Shown: one piece after another, positions 38,450-51,183 of the stretch
Numbering within the stretch: the first letter of the stretch is position 1
Layout: every line of letters starts with the position of its first letter
Assembly (NCBI GenBank): GCA_030390025.1
Contig: CM059433.1
Span: 7,442,001 to 7,506,000 of the forward strand
Length of the DNA: 64,000 nt
Direction: 5' to 3'
Origin: Squalus acanthias
Taxonomy: Eukaryota
Translations under genes and position numbers: made by a program
Notes under the pieces: model-generated
What the model was told of the DNA's origin: nothing
Databases searched by the model: none
What the model saw: only the letters and a program-made list of their open reading frames with translations

Positions 38450-39015
38450 AGGATTGGAAAATGAAGGTCAGAGCCTCTGCTATTTCCTCCCTTGTTTTTC
38501 TCAACAGCTGGGATACATTTCATCCGGGACTGGCAATTAATCTACTTTCAAAGATGCTAAACCCCTTAAACACTTCCTCTCTCACTAGGTTTATCTCATC
38601 TAATATTTCACACTCCTCCTCAACTACAATGTCTGCATTGCCCCTCTTTTTTCTAAAGACATACACAAAGTATTCATTAAGAACCATACCCACGTCTTCC
38701 GCGTCAACACACAGGTTACCTTTTTGGTCTCTTAATAGGCCCTGCTCTTTCTTTAGTTATCCTCTGGCTCTTTATGTATTTATAAAACATCTTTGGGTTT
38801 TCCTTGATTTTACTTGCCAATATTTTTTCATTCCCTCTCTTTGCTTTCCTAATTTCCATTTTAATTTTAGCCCCACACTTTCTATACTCCTCTAGGCTTT
38901 CTGTAGGATTTAGCTCTCGGTATCTGACATAAGCTTCCCTTTTTTGCCTTATCCTACCCTGTATGCCCCTTGACATCCAATGGGCTCCAGATTTGGAAGT
39001 CCCACCCTTTTTCTT
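38450..39015 (-). mobile_element. CR1 ORF2 internal fragment (1410-5545 subfamily)
   Basis: ORF 38716..38976 contains ILASKIKENPKMFYKYIK, matching ORF 3681..4007. Confidence 0.85.
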
Positions 39016-40407
39016 TTTCTTTGTATTGTATAAGCTTCAAATTTTCAGGAGCAGTAGCTGGGAATCCAAAATTAGTTACGCTGGCCTATTCATAACTCTG
39101 TATTGTAGTCTTTAATAAAAAAGTGTGGAATTTTTGTATTCTGCAATTTTATGAGCCTTTCCAACAATCACTTTATCTAGACCCTGAAGAGGAAAGATTC
39201 TGCTCACTGCTCACACTTGCTTACCAAAAACAAGTTGCTTATATTCCATGAGATGAGAGTTGCGAAATTGAATTTTCTTTTTAATTTTCTATTACCAAAG
39301 CACAACTATGAATTAAATGGATAAGAAGCAACTTGGAGCCGAAGTGTGTGTGTGTTTTTTAAAAAATCTTTTAAATTAAGATACAAAAGTTACTTATCTA
39401 CTTAATAAAAATATTACATACTGCTCATGTAAATGCTCTATCTGGTGGCTGTCAGCCTACCAATATAACTACAACAAATTCCACAGGCTGGCAATACATA
39501 GTTATTGGGTTGTCTAATCAACAAAATCATCACCAATTAAATGGATAATTCTATTTAGGTAAATCTTGGAATCTACTATAGGATGACAGCACTCCTAGAA
39601 ACATCAATGCCAGTGAATTCACAATCATTCTCAGAGGAAGTAATTGGAATATTCAAGCAAATAACCCAATTCAAAAACAATTACAACAAACAAAATTGCA
39701 ACAAATTCTCAAAGTCATACTATTTGTATGTCTCTTTCCATTGTATGTGAAGTTAGCATCTAATATTACCTGTAGCATTATTACTGCTCTTAAATTAAAT
39801 GCACCATCAAAATATGTTGCTTAACCCAAATAAAAGAAAACAAGTCTAAACAGTAAGTGAGACTCAGCAAGTGTGCAAGATTTGTTGAGCACTGTGCAAC
39901 AATGAATTCTAGCCCTTCCCTAAAATATGTTCTTAGAATGACGTATTAAGCTGATGTCCCATTTTCCAGTCCCTTCTGGTGCTTCAAGTAGTGATTAAAG
40001 GCCCTGGTACCATTCGAAGAGCACAATATTCTCTCAGTGCCTTGGGAAATATTCCTTCCTCAACCAAAATTGATAAAAATCATTACCTGGTCATTCATCT
40101 TATTGCTTATTTTTTGTCTTATAATACTCCTGTGAAGCGCCTTGTGACATTTTACTACGTTAAAGGCGCTATATAAATACAAGTTGTTGTATTGCTGTTT
40201 GTGGCATTTTGCAGGATGCTGGCTGGCTGCCATGCTTGCCTAAATTACAATCACTATACTTCAACAATAATTCATTGTGAAGCGCTTTGAGATGATTTAA
40301 TACAAGTGCTATATGAATGCAAGGAATAGCAGTAGTAGTCATCAATTTTCTAACAATGTGTGCCAAAAGTAGAAACATATCCATTTCCCAACAGCCTCAC
40401 TTACTTT

Positions 40408-42900
40408 AATCATAGAATCATACAGCACAAAAGGAGGCCATTTGGCCTATCGTGCCTGTGCCGGCTCTTTGAAAGAGCGATCCAATTAGTCTCACTCCAC
40501 TGCTCTTTTCCCCATAGCCCTGCAACATTTTCCCCTTCAGGTATTTATCTAATTCCCATTTGGAAGTTAATGGCCCGGAATTTGCGGTGGGTAATAACAA
40601 CGAACGAACAGCGTTCACTATTGCCACCACTTTGAAACTGACCGCAACTTCAGGAATTAGCGGATGCACACCCAACGTGGAAATCCTGAAGTTGCGGTCA
40701 GTCATTCACTGCTCCAACACCGCCTGCGCTGTGCACCCACGCCCACAGCTGGCAATCTGTGTAATCAGGAAATCAGTGAAACTGACGAAAACTTTGGCTT
40801 TTCCGTGGCAATATCGCTGTTAAATACCCCATTAAAAGTTGGACCTTGCTGGATTTGGTGTAACTAGGGATTTAACAGCGTATTGACGGCTAAACAAATG
40901 TTATGGCCCTGAAAAATTTTGTGGAGTGCCAAATTTCTCCACTTTAATAAATTACAATTTTTTAAAAACTAAAAAAAAAAAATTTTTTTTTTTTTTTTAA
41001 ACGTTCGTTCATATTTATTTCCGCTTTACCTTTACCCCATGTGAGAGCCCCAATCTTTATTTTGCTCTCTATCATTTTTTTTTTTTTTAAAGTCAGAATA
41101 AAAGGAGCTTCTTCACTTCCTGGTTCCAAGTCTGAGAGAATTCTGCATTGTGATTGGCTGCTTAGACAGCTTGTTGACGTCACAGCAGCTCACACAAGGA
41201 ATTCCCCATTAACTTACAATGATCACTGAATGTCAAAAAAGCCGAATTTCTTGCCAGAGATCGCAAGATCTTTATGGGAAGCTTTCTTTGGGGCCAGCGG
41301 CAAACGCCTTTGCTTCGCCGCTGACCGCAAATTACAGGCCATTATTGAATCTGCTTACACCAGCCTTTCAGGCGGTGCATTCCAGACCATAACTCACTGT
41401 GTAAATTTTTTTCCCTCATGACACCTCTGGTTCTTTTGCCAATGACCTTAAATCTGTACCCTCTGTGACCAAACCTTCTGCCACTGAAAATAGTTTCTCC
41501 TTATTTACTCTTCATGATTTTGGACACCTCTATCAAATCTCCTCTTAACTTTCTCTGTTCTAAGGAGAATAACCCCAGTTTTTCTAGTCTCTTCATGTAA
41601 TTGAAGTCCTGCATCCCGGTACCATTCTAGTAAATCTCCTCTGCACCCTCTCCAAGACCGTGACATCCATCCTAAAGTATGGCGCTAAAGAATTGGCTAC
41701 AATACTCCATCTAGTGCCTAACCACTGTTTTATAAAAGTTTCGCATAACTTCCTAGCTTTTGTATTCTATGCCTCTATTTATAAAGCCCAAGGATCCCGA
41801 ATTCCTTTTTAACAATCTTCTCAACTTGTCCGACCACTTTCAAAGATTTGAGTACATACACCCCCAAGTTTCTGTTCCTGCACCGCCTTTAAAATTGTAC
41901 CACTTCATTTATATTGCCTTTCCACTTTCTTCCGACCAAAACAACGTCATACTTCTCTGCGTTAAATTTCATCTGATATGTGTCTGCCCATTTCACCAGT
42001 CTGTCCATGTCATCCTGAAGGCTGTTACTATCCTCCTCACTGTTTACTACATTTCCGAGTTTCGTGTCATCTGCAAACTTTGAAATTATGCCCTGTATAA
42101 CCAAGTCCAGGTCATTAATATATATCAAAAAGAGCAGTAGTCCCAACACCGACCCGAGGGACACCACTGCACACTTCCCTCTAGTTTGAAAAACAACCGC
42201 TCGCCATTACTCTCTGCTTTCTGTCCCTTAGTCAATTTTGTATCCATGCAGCCACTGCCCCTTTAATTCCATGGGCTTCAATGTTGCTAACAAGTCTATT
42301 ATATGGTACTTTATCAAATGCCTTTTGAAAGCCCATTTACACAACATCAACCGCACTACCCTCATCAACCCTCTGTTACTTCATCAAAAATCTCGATCAA
42401 CTTAGTCAAAATCGATTTCCCTTTAACAAATCCGTGCTGGCTTTCATTTATTAACCAATATTTTTCCAAGTGTCAATTAAATTTTTCCAGGATTATTGTC
42501 TCAAAGTTTCCCCACCACCGACATTAGGCTGACTGGCCTATAGTTGTGGCTTTATCCCTCTCCTCTTTTTTGAACAGGGTTATAACATTTGCAATCCTCC
42601 AGTCCTCTGGCACTCCATATCTCGGGAGGATTGGAAAGATTGTGGCCAGAGCCTCTGCAATTTCCACCCTTAAATCCCTCAGTAAACTAGGATGTATCCC
42701 ATCGGACCGGGTGGCTTTTCTACTTCGAGCGCTGCCAACCTTTTAAGTATCTCCACTTTATCTATTGTTATCCTATTCAATTTCTCTACTACCTCCTCCT
42801 TTACTGACACATTGGGAGTATCCTTTTCTTAAGTTAAGACAGATGTAAAGTACTCATTTGGTACCTCAGCCAAGCCCTCTGCCCCCACAAGGAGATCTCC
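40408..42900 (-). mobile_element. Decayed CR1 (RT to 3' end), split by MITE B
   Basis: ORF 41889..42167 contains GSVLG..YINDL..SKFADD. CR1 tail at ~40408. Confidence 0.85.
40572..41340. mobile_element. Harbinger-type MITE family B
   Basis: TIRs GGCCCGGAATTTGCGGT / ACCGCAAATTACAGGCC with flanks AAT/ATT. Confidence 0.87.
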
Positions 42901-43204
42901 TTTTTAAACACAAAAAAAATCAATATATCAGTTTCCCTACTCCAAGAATCCATCATATTTTAGAAAACATTCAGATGATCACTATTTCCCACTTTGTCCC
43001 ACCCACAGTCACAGATCTAAAAGTGTCATCTATACTCAAACATAAATAAAATGCATGTTGATGCCAATTCCAAAGATGCAGAGGAGTATTTGTAATAGTA
43101 ATGATAATAAATTTTCACCTCAAAAAATCCCTGGCAAAAGAGACACTACAAACAAAAACTCTGGATGCCTGGTATGATTAATTGGAAGCAGGAGCCAATC
43201 TTTT

Positions 43205-44352
43205 AGAACATAAGAAGCAAGAGCAGGAGTAGGCCATATGGCCCCTCGAGCCTGCTCCGCCATTCAATAAGATCATGGCTGACCAACGACCTCAACTCCA
43301 CTTTCCCGCTTGATCTCCATATCCCTTGATGCCCCTAGAGTCCAAAAATCTATCCATCTCAGCCTTGAATATACTCGAAGACTCAGCATTCACAGCCCTC
43401 TGGGGCAGAGAATTCCAAAGATTCACAACCCTCCGAGTGAAGAAATTCCTCCTCATCTCAGTCTTAAATGGCCGACCCCTTATCCTGAGACGATGCCCCC
43501 TAGTTTTAGACACTCCAGCCAGGGGAAACAACCTCTCAGCATCTACCCTGTCAATCCCCTTCAGAATCTTGTATGTTTCAATGAGATCACCTCTCATTCT
43601 TCTAAACTCCAGAGAGTATAGGCCCATTCTACATAATCTCTCATCAAAGGACAGCCCTCTCATCCCAGGAATCAATCTAGTGAACCTTCGTTGCACCGCT
43701 TCCAAAGCAAGTATATCCTTCCTTAGATAAGGAGGCCAAAACTGTGCACAGTACTCCAGGTGTGGTCTCACCAAGGCCCTGTACAATTGTAGCAAGACTT
43801 CCTTACTTTTATACTACAACCCCTTTACAATAAAGGTCAACATGCCATTTGCCTTCCTTATTGCTTGCTGTACCTGCATGCTAGCTTTCTGTGTTTCTTG
43901 CACGAGGACACCCAAATCTCTCTGAACACCAACATTTGAAAGTTTCTCACCATTTAAAAAATATTCTGTTTTTCTATTCTTCCTACCAAAGTGAATAACC
44001 TGACATTTCCCGACATTATACTCTATCTGCCACCTTACTGCTCACTCACTTAGTCTATCTACGTCCCTTTGCAGACTCTTTGTGTTCTCCTCATAGCTTA
44101 CTGTCCCACCTAGCTTTGCATCATCAGCAAACTTGGATACATTACATTTGGTCCCTTCATCTAGGTCATTAATATAGATTGTAAATAGCTGAGGCCCCAA
44201 CACTGATCCTTGCAGCACCCCACTAGTTACAGCCTGCCAAACTGAAAAAGATCCATTTATCCCTACTCTCTGTTTTCTGTCCGTTAACCAATCCTCTATC
44301 CATGCTACTATATTACCCCCAACCCCATGAACCCTAATCTTGTGTAATAACA
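43205..44352 (-). mobile_element. 5'-truncated CR1
   Basis: ORFs 44042..44353 and 43292..43795 encode the RT C-terminal half and the CR1 C-terminus. Confidence 0.92.
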
Positions 44353-44777
44353 CAGAATTTCATCTCTCAATTTTTCCTGCAGATACCCTTTTGCAAGTCT
44401 AACAAAAATGTAGCTGGGGAGAGAGGAACAGAAAGATCTTGTTCTAACTATACAATCACAGCCACAATTACCTACTGATATTTAGCTTATAACCTCAAAG
44501 TATAGTTTCTTGTCAAACTTTGTTACTAGGGTCAGCTCAATTTTCTGACCATTTTAGATTTAAAACTACTGGCATTGTGGGGGGGGGGGGGGGGGCGGGG
44601 AGAAAAGAGGGGGTGGCTAATGTGGGAAATTGCCTTGTAAATTGTCTGATTAACCTGAAACTCCAGTTTAAGAACATAAGGTGTCCAACAAAATGGTGTC
44701 AGTAGATGAACTGAATGCTAGGAAATGGCTGAAAAATAAAAATTAATTACGACTATTAAGGTTTATTTAAACAGAAT

Positions 44778-45670
44778 GGGGTAAAAATTCAGTTGGTTGC
44801 GCCTCCCGTTAGCGCCTTAAGAGGGCGCTAATGGGGCGCAAAGCCGCTAACGCCCGGGCGCAGCGATGTTTGCGCCGCTCGGGAACTTAACTAGAGATTG
44901 TGCGGCGGCGCTAAACTTTACCGCTGCGACCACCTGCGCGCGCAGATTGTGACGTCATTCCATGGTGCAACGCCCTTGTGGCGCCCCGGAGCGGAAATTG
45001 AGTGGCGCCCCCTGCCTTACCGCCTGGCGCATCCAACGACCAGAAGACTGGAACGCTATCAATCGCTGTGGGGCTGGGGGGGGCGCTATTTAAAGGGGGC
45101 CTCTTCCTGTCTTTTATTGTTGGTGGCATTTTTGAACTACGCATTCTGAGAGAGAGAGGGAGAGACTTCTGGAGAGATTCAACGTTGTGTGAAGGAGTTT
45201 TGGGTACTGAGCAGCACTTTGCAGGTTCATTTTGATTTGCCATTCCTTGTATCGATTTAGCAGAGACTGTGGGAGCTGCACTCTGAGCTCTTTGCCTGGT
45301 ACTCTCCATTGTTCTTTCCAGCACATTTGATGTGCAAGTCTCTCCAGGCCGAGATTCAAGGCTGCAATGAACAGGATGTGGATGGAAAGCAAGATTAACC
45401 ATCCCCTTTAAGAACTGGCCCGTGCCATTGTGTGTGTGTTCCATTGCTGACTGACATTACATGAGCTTCGCCAGCGCTCTGAGTTAGCGCCTCACTGCTC
45501 GGCCTTTGCGCCTTAAGACAGGTGTGCAGCGCCTGCTTTAGCGCGCCACTCACCTCCCGGGGCGGTAAAAGTGAAGTTTCCAGTCAGTGCCGATAATTAG
45601 CGGCAGGCGCCAATATTTGCGTCCAGACGATATTTGCGCCCCAAATGGGGCGCGACCTAATTTCTACCCC
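44778..45670. mobile_element. CpG-rich non-autonomous Harbinger deletion derivative
   Basis: TIRs GGGGTAAAAATT / AATTTCTACCCC with a perfect AAT TSD and many GCGCC/GGCGC subterminal repeats. Confidence 0.8.
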
Positions 45671-46060
45671 AATATTCCTTACCAGTGATAAGAGGTTAGC
45701 ATTAAGGACTGAGCTCAGGGATTGCTCGATAGCGGGACATAAATATGTTGTGCCTTATCTGGTCCAATGTAGGATCCTTTGTTGAAGATTGAGAAGTTAA
45801 GAGTAGTAAAAATAGAACTTGGCATGCCTAAGTATCCGTGCCTCATTAACTTTGACATCTTCTAGGACACTTACTAGAAAAGGAGAAGTGAACCCTTCTG
45901 CCACATGTGTAACCCAGATTGGTCAATTATTATTGAATGGGGTCTTTGATGTATAGAAGAACTTGTTTAGCACAACTCTCAGCAGATACTCTTTGTCTTT
46001 GTTAGATGCATGTTCTCTTTGTCAGTTAGAAGAAAATTATCTTTGTCTTTATTTTTCTTC

Positions 46061-47931
46061 TGTAGTAACCTGTACCTAGCAGGTGTGGAAGGGTACCTTG
46101 ACAATTACAAAGTATATCTAAGACAGAGTGCAAAAGGTTATACAAGTCAGACTGTATAGTTATATCAGCCAGTTACAGGCAGAGCTAAGTGTTTCACTTA
46201 ACTGTACCAGCTGTCTTAGATCAAGGAAGATGAGATTTAAGCCAGCTAGCTCAGATACAATCACTCCTGTGTATCGTGGGTTTAGCTAGAACAGAGGATC
46301 CAAGTGCAACAGATAGACTGGGCAAACCAAATTTGCAGTAATAGTGTGGAGGACGAATTCATGGAACGTATGGAAGATAGTTTTCTAGATCAGTATGTTG
46401 AGGAACCAACTAGGGAACAGACTATTTTAGATCTAGTATTGTGCAACGAGAAAGGGTTAATTAATAACCATGTAGTAAGGGGGCCTTTAGGGAAGAGTGA
46501 CCATAATATGATAGAATTTTATACTGAGTCTATAAGTGACTTAGTTAAATCCGAAACTAGGGTCTTAAATCTAAACAAAGCAAACTACGTAGGTATGAGG
46601 GACGGGTTGGCTACGGTAGATTGGGAAACTACATTAAAAGGTATGACAGTGGACGAGCAATGGCTAGCATTTAAAGAATTAATACATAATTTACAACAAA
46701 TATACATTCCTTTAAGGCACAAAAATTTCACAGGAAAAGTGGTCCAACCGTGGCTAACAAGAGAAGTTAAAGATAGTATTCGATCAAAGGAAGAGGCTTA
46801 TATTGCTGCCAAAAAGAGCAGTAAGCCTGAGGATTGGGAGGATTTTAGAATTCAGCAAAGGAGGACCAAGAAATTGATAAAGAAAGGGAAAATAGAATAT
46901 GAGAGCAAACTAGTGAGAGACATAGAAACAGACTGTAAAAGTTTCTATAGTTATGTAAAAAGGAAAAGATTAGTGAAAGTAAATGTGGGTCCCTTACAGG
47001 CTGAGACAGGAGAAATTATAATGAGGAATAAGGAAATGGCAGAGAAATTAAACAAATACTTTGTGTCTGTCTTCACAGAAGACGACACAAAAAACTTCCC
47101 GGAAATAGTGGACAACCAAGGGTCTAGTGAGAATGGGGATCTGAAAGATATCAGTAAAAAAGTAATACTGGAGAAATTAATGGGACTGAAAGCTGATAAA
47201 TCCTCTGGACCTGATGGCCTACGTCCTAGGGTTTTGAAAGAGGTGGCTATAGAGATAGTGGATGCATTGGTTGTCATTTTCCAAAATTCCATCGAGTCCC
47301 AGGGAATAAAGATGATTGACTCACCCACAGCGTCCATAAGGACGAGATTGCATAAGCTCTGGAAACAATGTTAACCACCAGCACAAAGACTTTAATCTAT
47401 CCAATAGACTGGCTATATACTACTGTTAACTTGCCAGCTATCCAAGGAGTTTAATCGTAGATTAATCTTCCCAATTTATATCAGTCCCAGACATGGATCT
47501 CAACTGTAATTTGATAATCAGCAATCCAGTTAATGCTGACTGATGGTGACACTGCTGAATGGATTTAAAACCTCTTATTCATTTCATTAAGTAACTCTGT
47601 CTATTAATTATGGGTTATTCAAATCACTAAATAACCCTGTCTACAACTATTTTATCTTTTAATTGTTGGTATACTCATTGTTTGAATTTAAGTAGTGATA
47701 ATTGTAGTTTGTAGTCAATAAATAAATAGTTGTTTGTGCATGACTTGTCTGACTTCTTTGATGATATGGCACGAAAGGGTTAATTCATTTACTCAGTAGC
47801 TTGGGGGTATCCTAACTGAGAGTTAAGGTGAACTCGTATCCAATCCGAACTGGGTAATGCAAGACAGTTCTGCAAGCCAAATTTAGGCATCATGCGCTGC
47901 TAGACCCAAGCTGGGTGGTAAACCTCAGACA
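46061..47931. mobile_element. Possible solo LTR (TGT...ACA) interrupted by a CR1 internal fragment
   Basis: TGTAG...AGACA ends, flanks CTTC/GTTC and internal AATAAA motifs. There is no second copy in the window to confirm it. Confidence 0.25.
46310..47291 (+). mobile_element. CR1 ORF2 internal fragment (APE end and linker), open frame
   Basis: ORF 46304..47374 contains IDWANQ..EPTRE..SDHN..PWLT..GPDGLRPRVLKE..IFQNS. No CR1 3' tail. Confidence 0.9.
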
Positions 47932-48149
47932 GTTCTTTAGTGAAAAGCTATGTGAGGCAGTTAAGGATTCATCTGGCTCCTTGGCATATATTTGTTGAGA
48001 TACTGAACTCCAGCGTTCTTACAAATTAGACACAAGAGATTTTTAAAAAATGAAAGATAATCTATATTAAAATTACCAACACTCTTTATAAACTACCAGG
48101 ATTTGACTTACCCAGTTTACATTTGAGCACCAAATTTTGATTATGCCAC

Positions 48150-48437
48150 TCTGCCCTACAACCCTCCAAGAACTCTGGGTTCCTCCAACGTTGGCCTCGT
48201 GCATCCCTCACTCCTTTTGCCCCACCGCTGTGCCTTCAGCTGTCTAGGCCCTAAACTCTGAAATTCCCTCCATCTTTCCACCTCCCTCTCCTCCTTAAAA
48301 CCCACCTCTTCAATTTGGTCAACCAACATTTCCTTCTTTGACTCGGCATCCATTTTTGTCTGATTACACCTCTAAAGCACCTTGGGACATATTCCTACAT
48401 TAAAGGTGCTATATAAATGCAAGTTATTATTGTTGTT
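48150..48437 (+). mobile_element. L2 LINE 3' end
   Basis: Tail ttaaaggtgctatataaatgcaagttattattgttgtt. Confidence 0.75.
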
Positions 48438-50749
48438 CTTACCTGCAATCAATAATGTTACTCTATACATTCAAAGTGATTGCTAGAAATGCTCATTCAT
48501 CGGATAAAGACAAGTTTAAGAATTCAATAGCATCCAGTAGCAGTTAAACTTATTTACAAATAAGCAGTGATGGTTGACTTGGTTTACCATGAAAATTCTC
48601 TTTCTCATCAATAAAATGTGCAAAATTAAGAATTCAATGAAGTCATTTGCATTCACAATTGGTTCCATGCATTATTCTCACAAATAATAAACATTCAGCT
48701 ATGTTATACAACGTGGGTCTCAATTTTCCTTACAGATATTGTACAAGCAACTGGGAATTATGATATTGCCATAGCCACTGCCTTACCATGAACCGAAGAA
48801 AGGTTTGGAACACAAAACGCCATTAGGTCAACAAGTTTTCATAGATTAATCCCCAAATGAGAGATAGGACCCTGCTTGAACATGTGAAAAATGGATACAC
48901 TAGGCCATTAAAAGGAGGAAAAGGGGGAAAAACTAATTAAAAGGAGTCAATTAAAGCAGAAAACAAATTTAGTCATGTAACAATTAGATACCCCATTAAA
49001 GATAGCAAGCTCCAAAATGGCAAAAAGGGGCCTTCCAGATAGACCCCCTTTTTATAATTAATTTACACTTATCCACGATGAATTGCATCTGCCAGCTACT
49101 GATCTAGTTACCTGGAAGATGTAAATGCTTTGGAATATTGTTATTTGCCTCCTATTTTGTAATAAATTGCATTTTATCCTGACAAAGTGAAAATGTCTAC
49201 TTAAAAACATATAGCATCGCAGAGTAAGTAAATTTGTGACCGATATCACAATTTCTCTGCTACTTTTGACCTTTCAGTACTGTTGCCTCCATGACATTGT
49301 TTCTTCACTTGTGATTGTCTTTTCTTACTCTTCTCTGCACCCAATTTTACAATATTTGTAGGCTTTCCAGTATTCAGATAAAATCCATAAAACCTTTTCC
49401 CTCTCTTCCCCCATCCTGCTTTCCTAATCAAGAAAAAGTGGACCGTAACACTGATAAAACACTCAAAATCTACTATTTGTACAAGCTCTTCCTTGGAGAT
49501 GGTAGTAGCAGCGACCTTTTCAACTGGCAAAAAATTCTAGATACCACTGCCAGGTACCATTTGACCTCTGCAGCAGATCCAGAGGCAATATTTGATCCTG
49601 CCATGCACTACTCTGTCCCTGTGTCAGTTACTAAACATCAAACATTCAATTTTACATTATTTTAATTGTAAAAGGAGGAAAATGTATTTGCTAGTAACTC
49701 CCAAAATAACCAGTAAGCTTTACCTCTAAAACGATGCAAATAATCTAATTTAAAAAAAATATATATATAGTTATAAGTATAACCAGATACGCAAGGTATT
49801 TCTCAGAACTGATGCTACAGAGGGTCCATCAACTAGGAAAAAAAACCTTGTGTCAGCAATATAGTATTTCAAATTTGGTTTTAAAGAACGTAGTATCGGT
49901 GGGGACACCGAAAGGATATTTGAAACCAACTGGTTTCCATTACATGCGTCAAACAAATTTATTATAGCTATCAGCTAAAGTTATTACCCAAATTTATATC
50001 ATGATCTACAACACATTTAAAATTAATTGGTCTCGTTGACATGTATGCATTCTCTCAAGGTCCTGTTTTATAAAAACATAATAAATGCGTCCTGTTATGC
50101 TAGTTACTTTCCAAATAACCTGTGTTTATTTTAACGGCTGATTAAAATCACCACACTAAGCTTATGCACGGAAATTCAACCAACAAGCAAATCCTGCTAG
50201 AATTCAGTTACTTTGTCTCTTCTTATCCTTGTGAAAGTTTGTCTCAAATCTGAATTACTGATAAAAATGGGACTAATCTAAGTATTTTCTAACAATGTGT
50301 GTTTTTATTCACTGCAGGTAAGTGTAATCAGCATCACATGTACAAGTGTGCTCCCACATACTGGGTGACTAACTGTTTGTTTTACAGCAAAGTAAACCAA
50401 AACTACCTGCGTTGCAATTTGAATTCTTCCCTTCCTGCCACCCACCCAAATTTCACTCATCCGCCACATTCAGTGACTAACATTAGGTACAGTTTCGCAA
50501 GTACAAATACCTCATGTCTAACATCTCAACCAAATGGTCATGCTTTGTGTATGAACATAGGCAGCAAGAACCAGCAGACTATTCAATCATTAAGGGAAAT
50601 TACATCCAAGCTAAGTCTTGTCCCCACCCACTAGCCACAGATGGCACTCTCGCCAGCAGGATCATTGGACTGTGATCCAGAGTGGAAATCCTGGCTGCTT
50701 TTTCTTTACCCTGGTACAGTGAAGCAAATTGCAGTTCCCCTAATATCAA

Positions 50750-51183
50750 AAGAGAGACTGGACAGGCTGGGGTTGTTTTCCTTAGAGCAGAGAAGACTGA
50801 GGGGGGACCTGATTGAGGTGTACAAAATTATGAGGGGCATAGATAGGATAGATAGAAAGGAACTTTTCCCCTTAGTAGAGGGGTCAATAACCAGGGGGCA
50901 TAGTTTCAAAGTAAGGGGCTGGAGGTTTAGAGGGGATTTGAGGAAAAACTTTTTCACCCAGAGGGTGGTTGGAATCTGGAACTCACTGCCTGAAAGGGTG
51001 GTAGAGGCAGGAACCCTCACAACATTCAAGAAGCATTTAGATGAGCACTTGAAACGCCATAGCATACAAGGCTACGGACCAAGTGCTGGAAAATGGGATT
51101 AGAATAGACAGGGCTTGATGGCTGGCGCGGACACGATGGGCCGAAGGGCCTCTTTCTGTGCTGTATAACTCTATGACTATGAC
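50750..51183 (+). mobile_element. CR1 3' fragment
   Basis: Translates ERLDRLGLFSLEQRRLRGDLIEVYK..RVVGIWNSLP. Tail ctatgactatgac. Confidence 0.92.

Noticed and set aside
49246..49665. Overlapping 94-aa and 116-aa ORFs
   Set aside because: No recognisable motif or convincing splice context.
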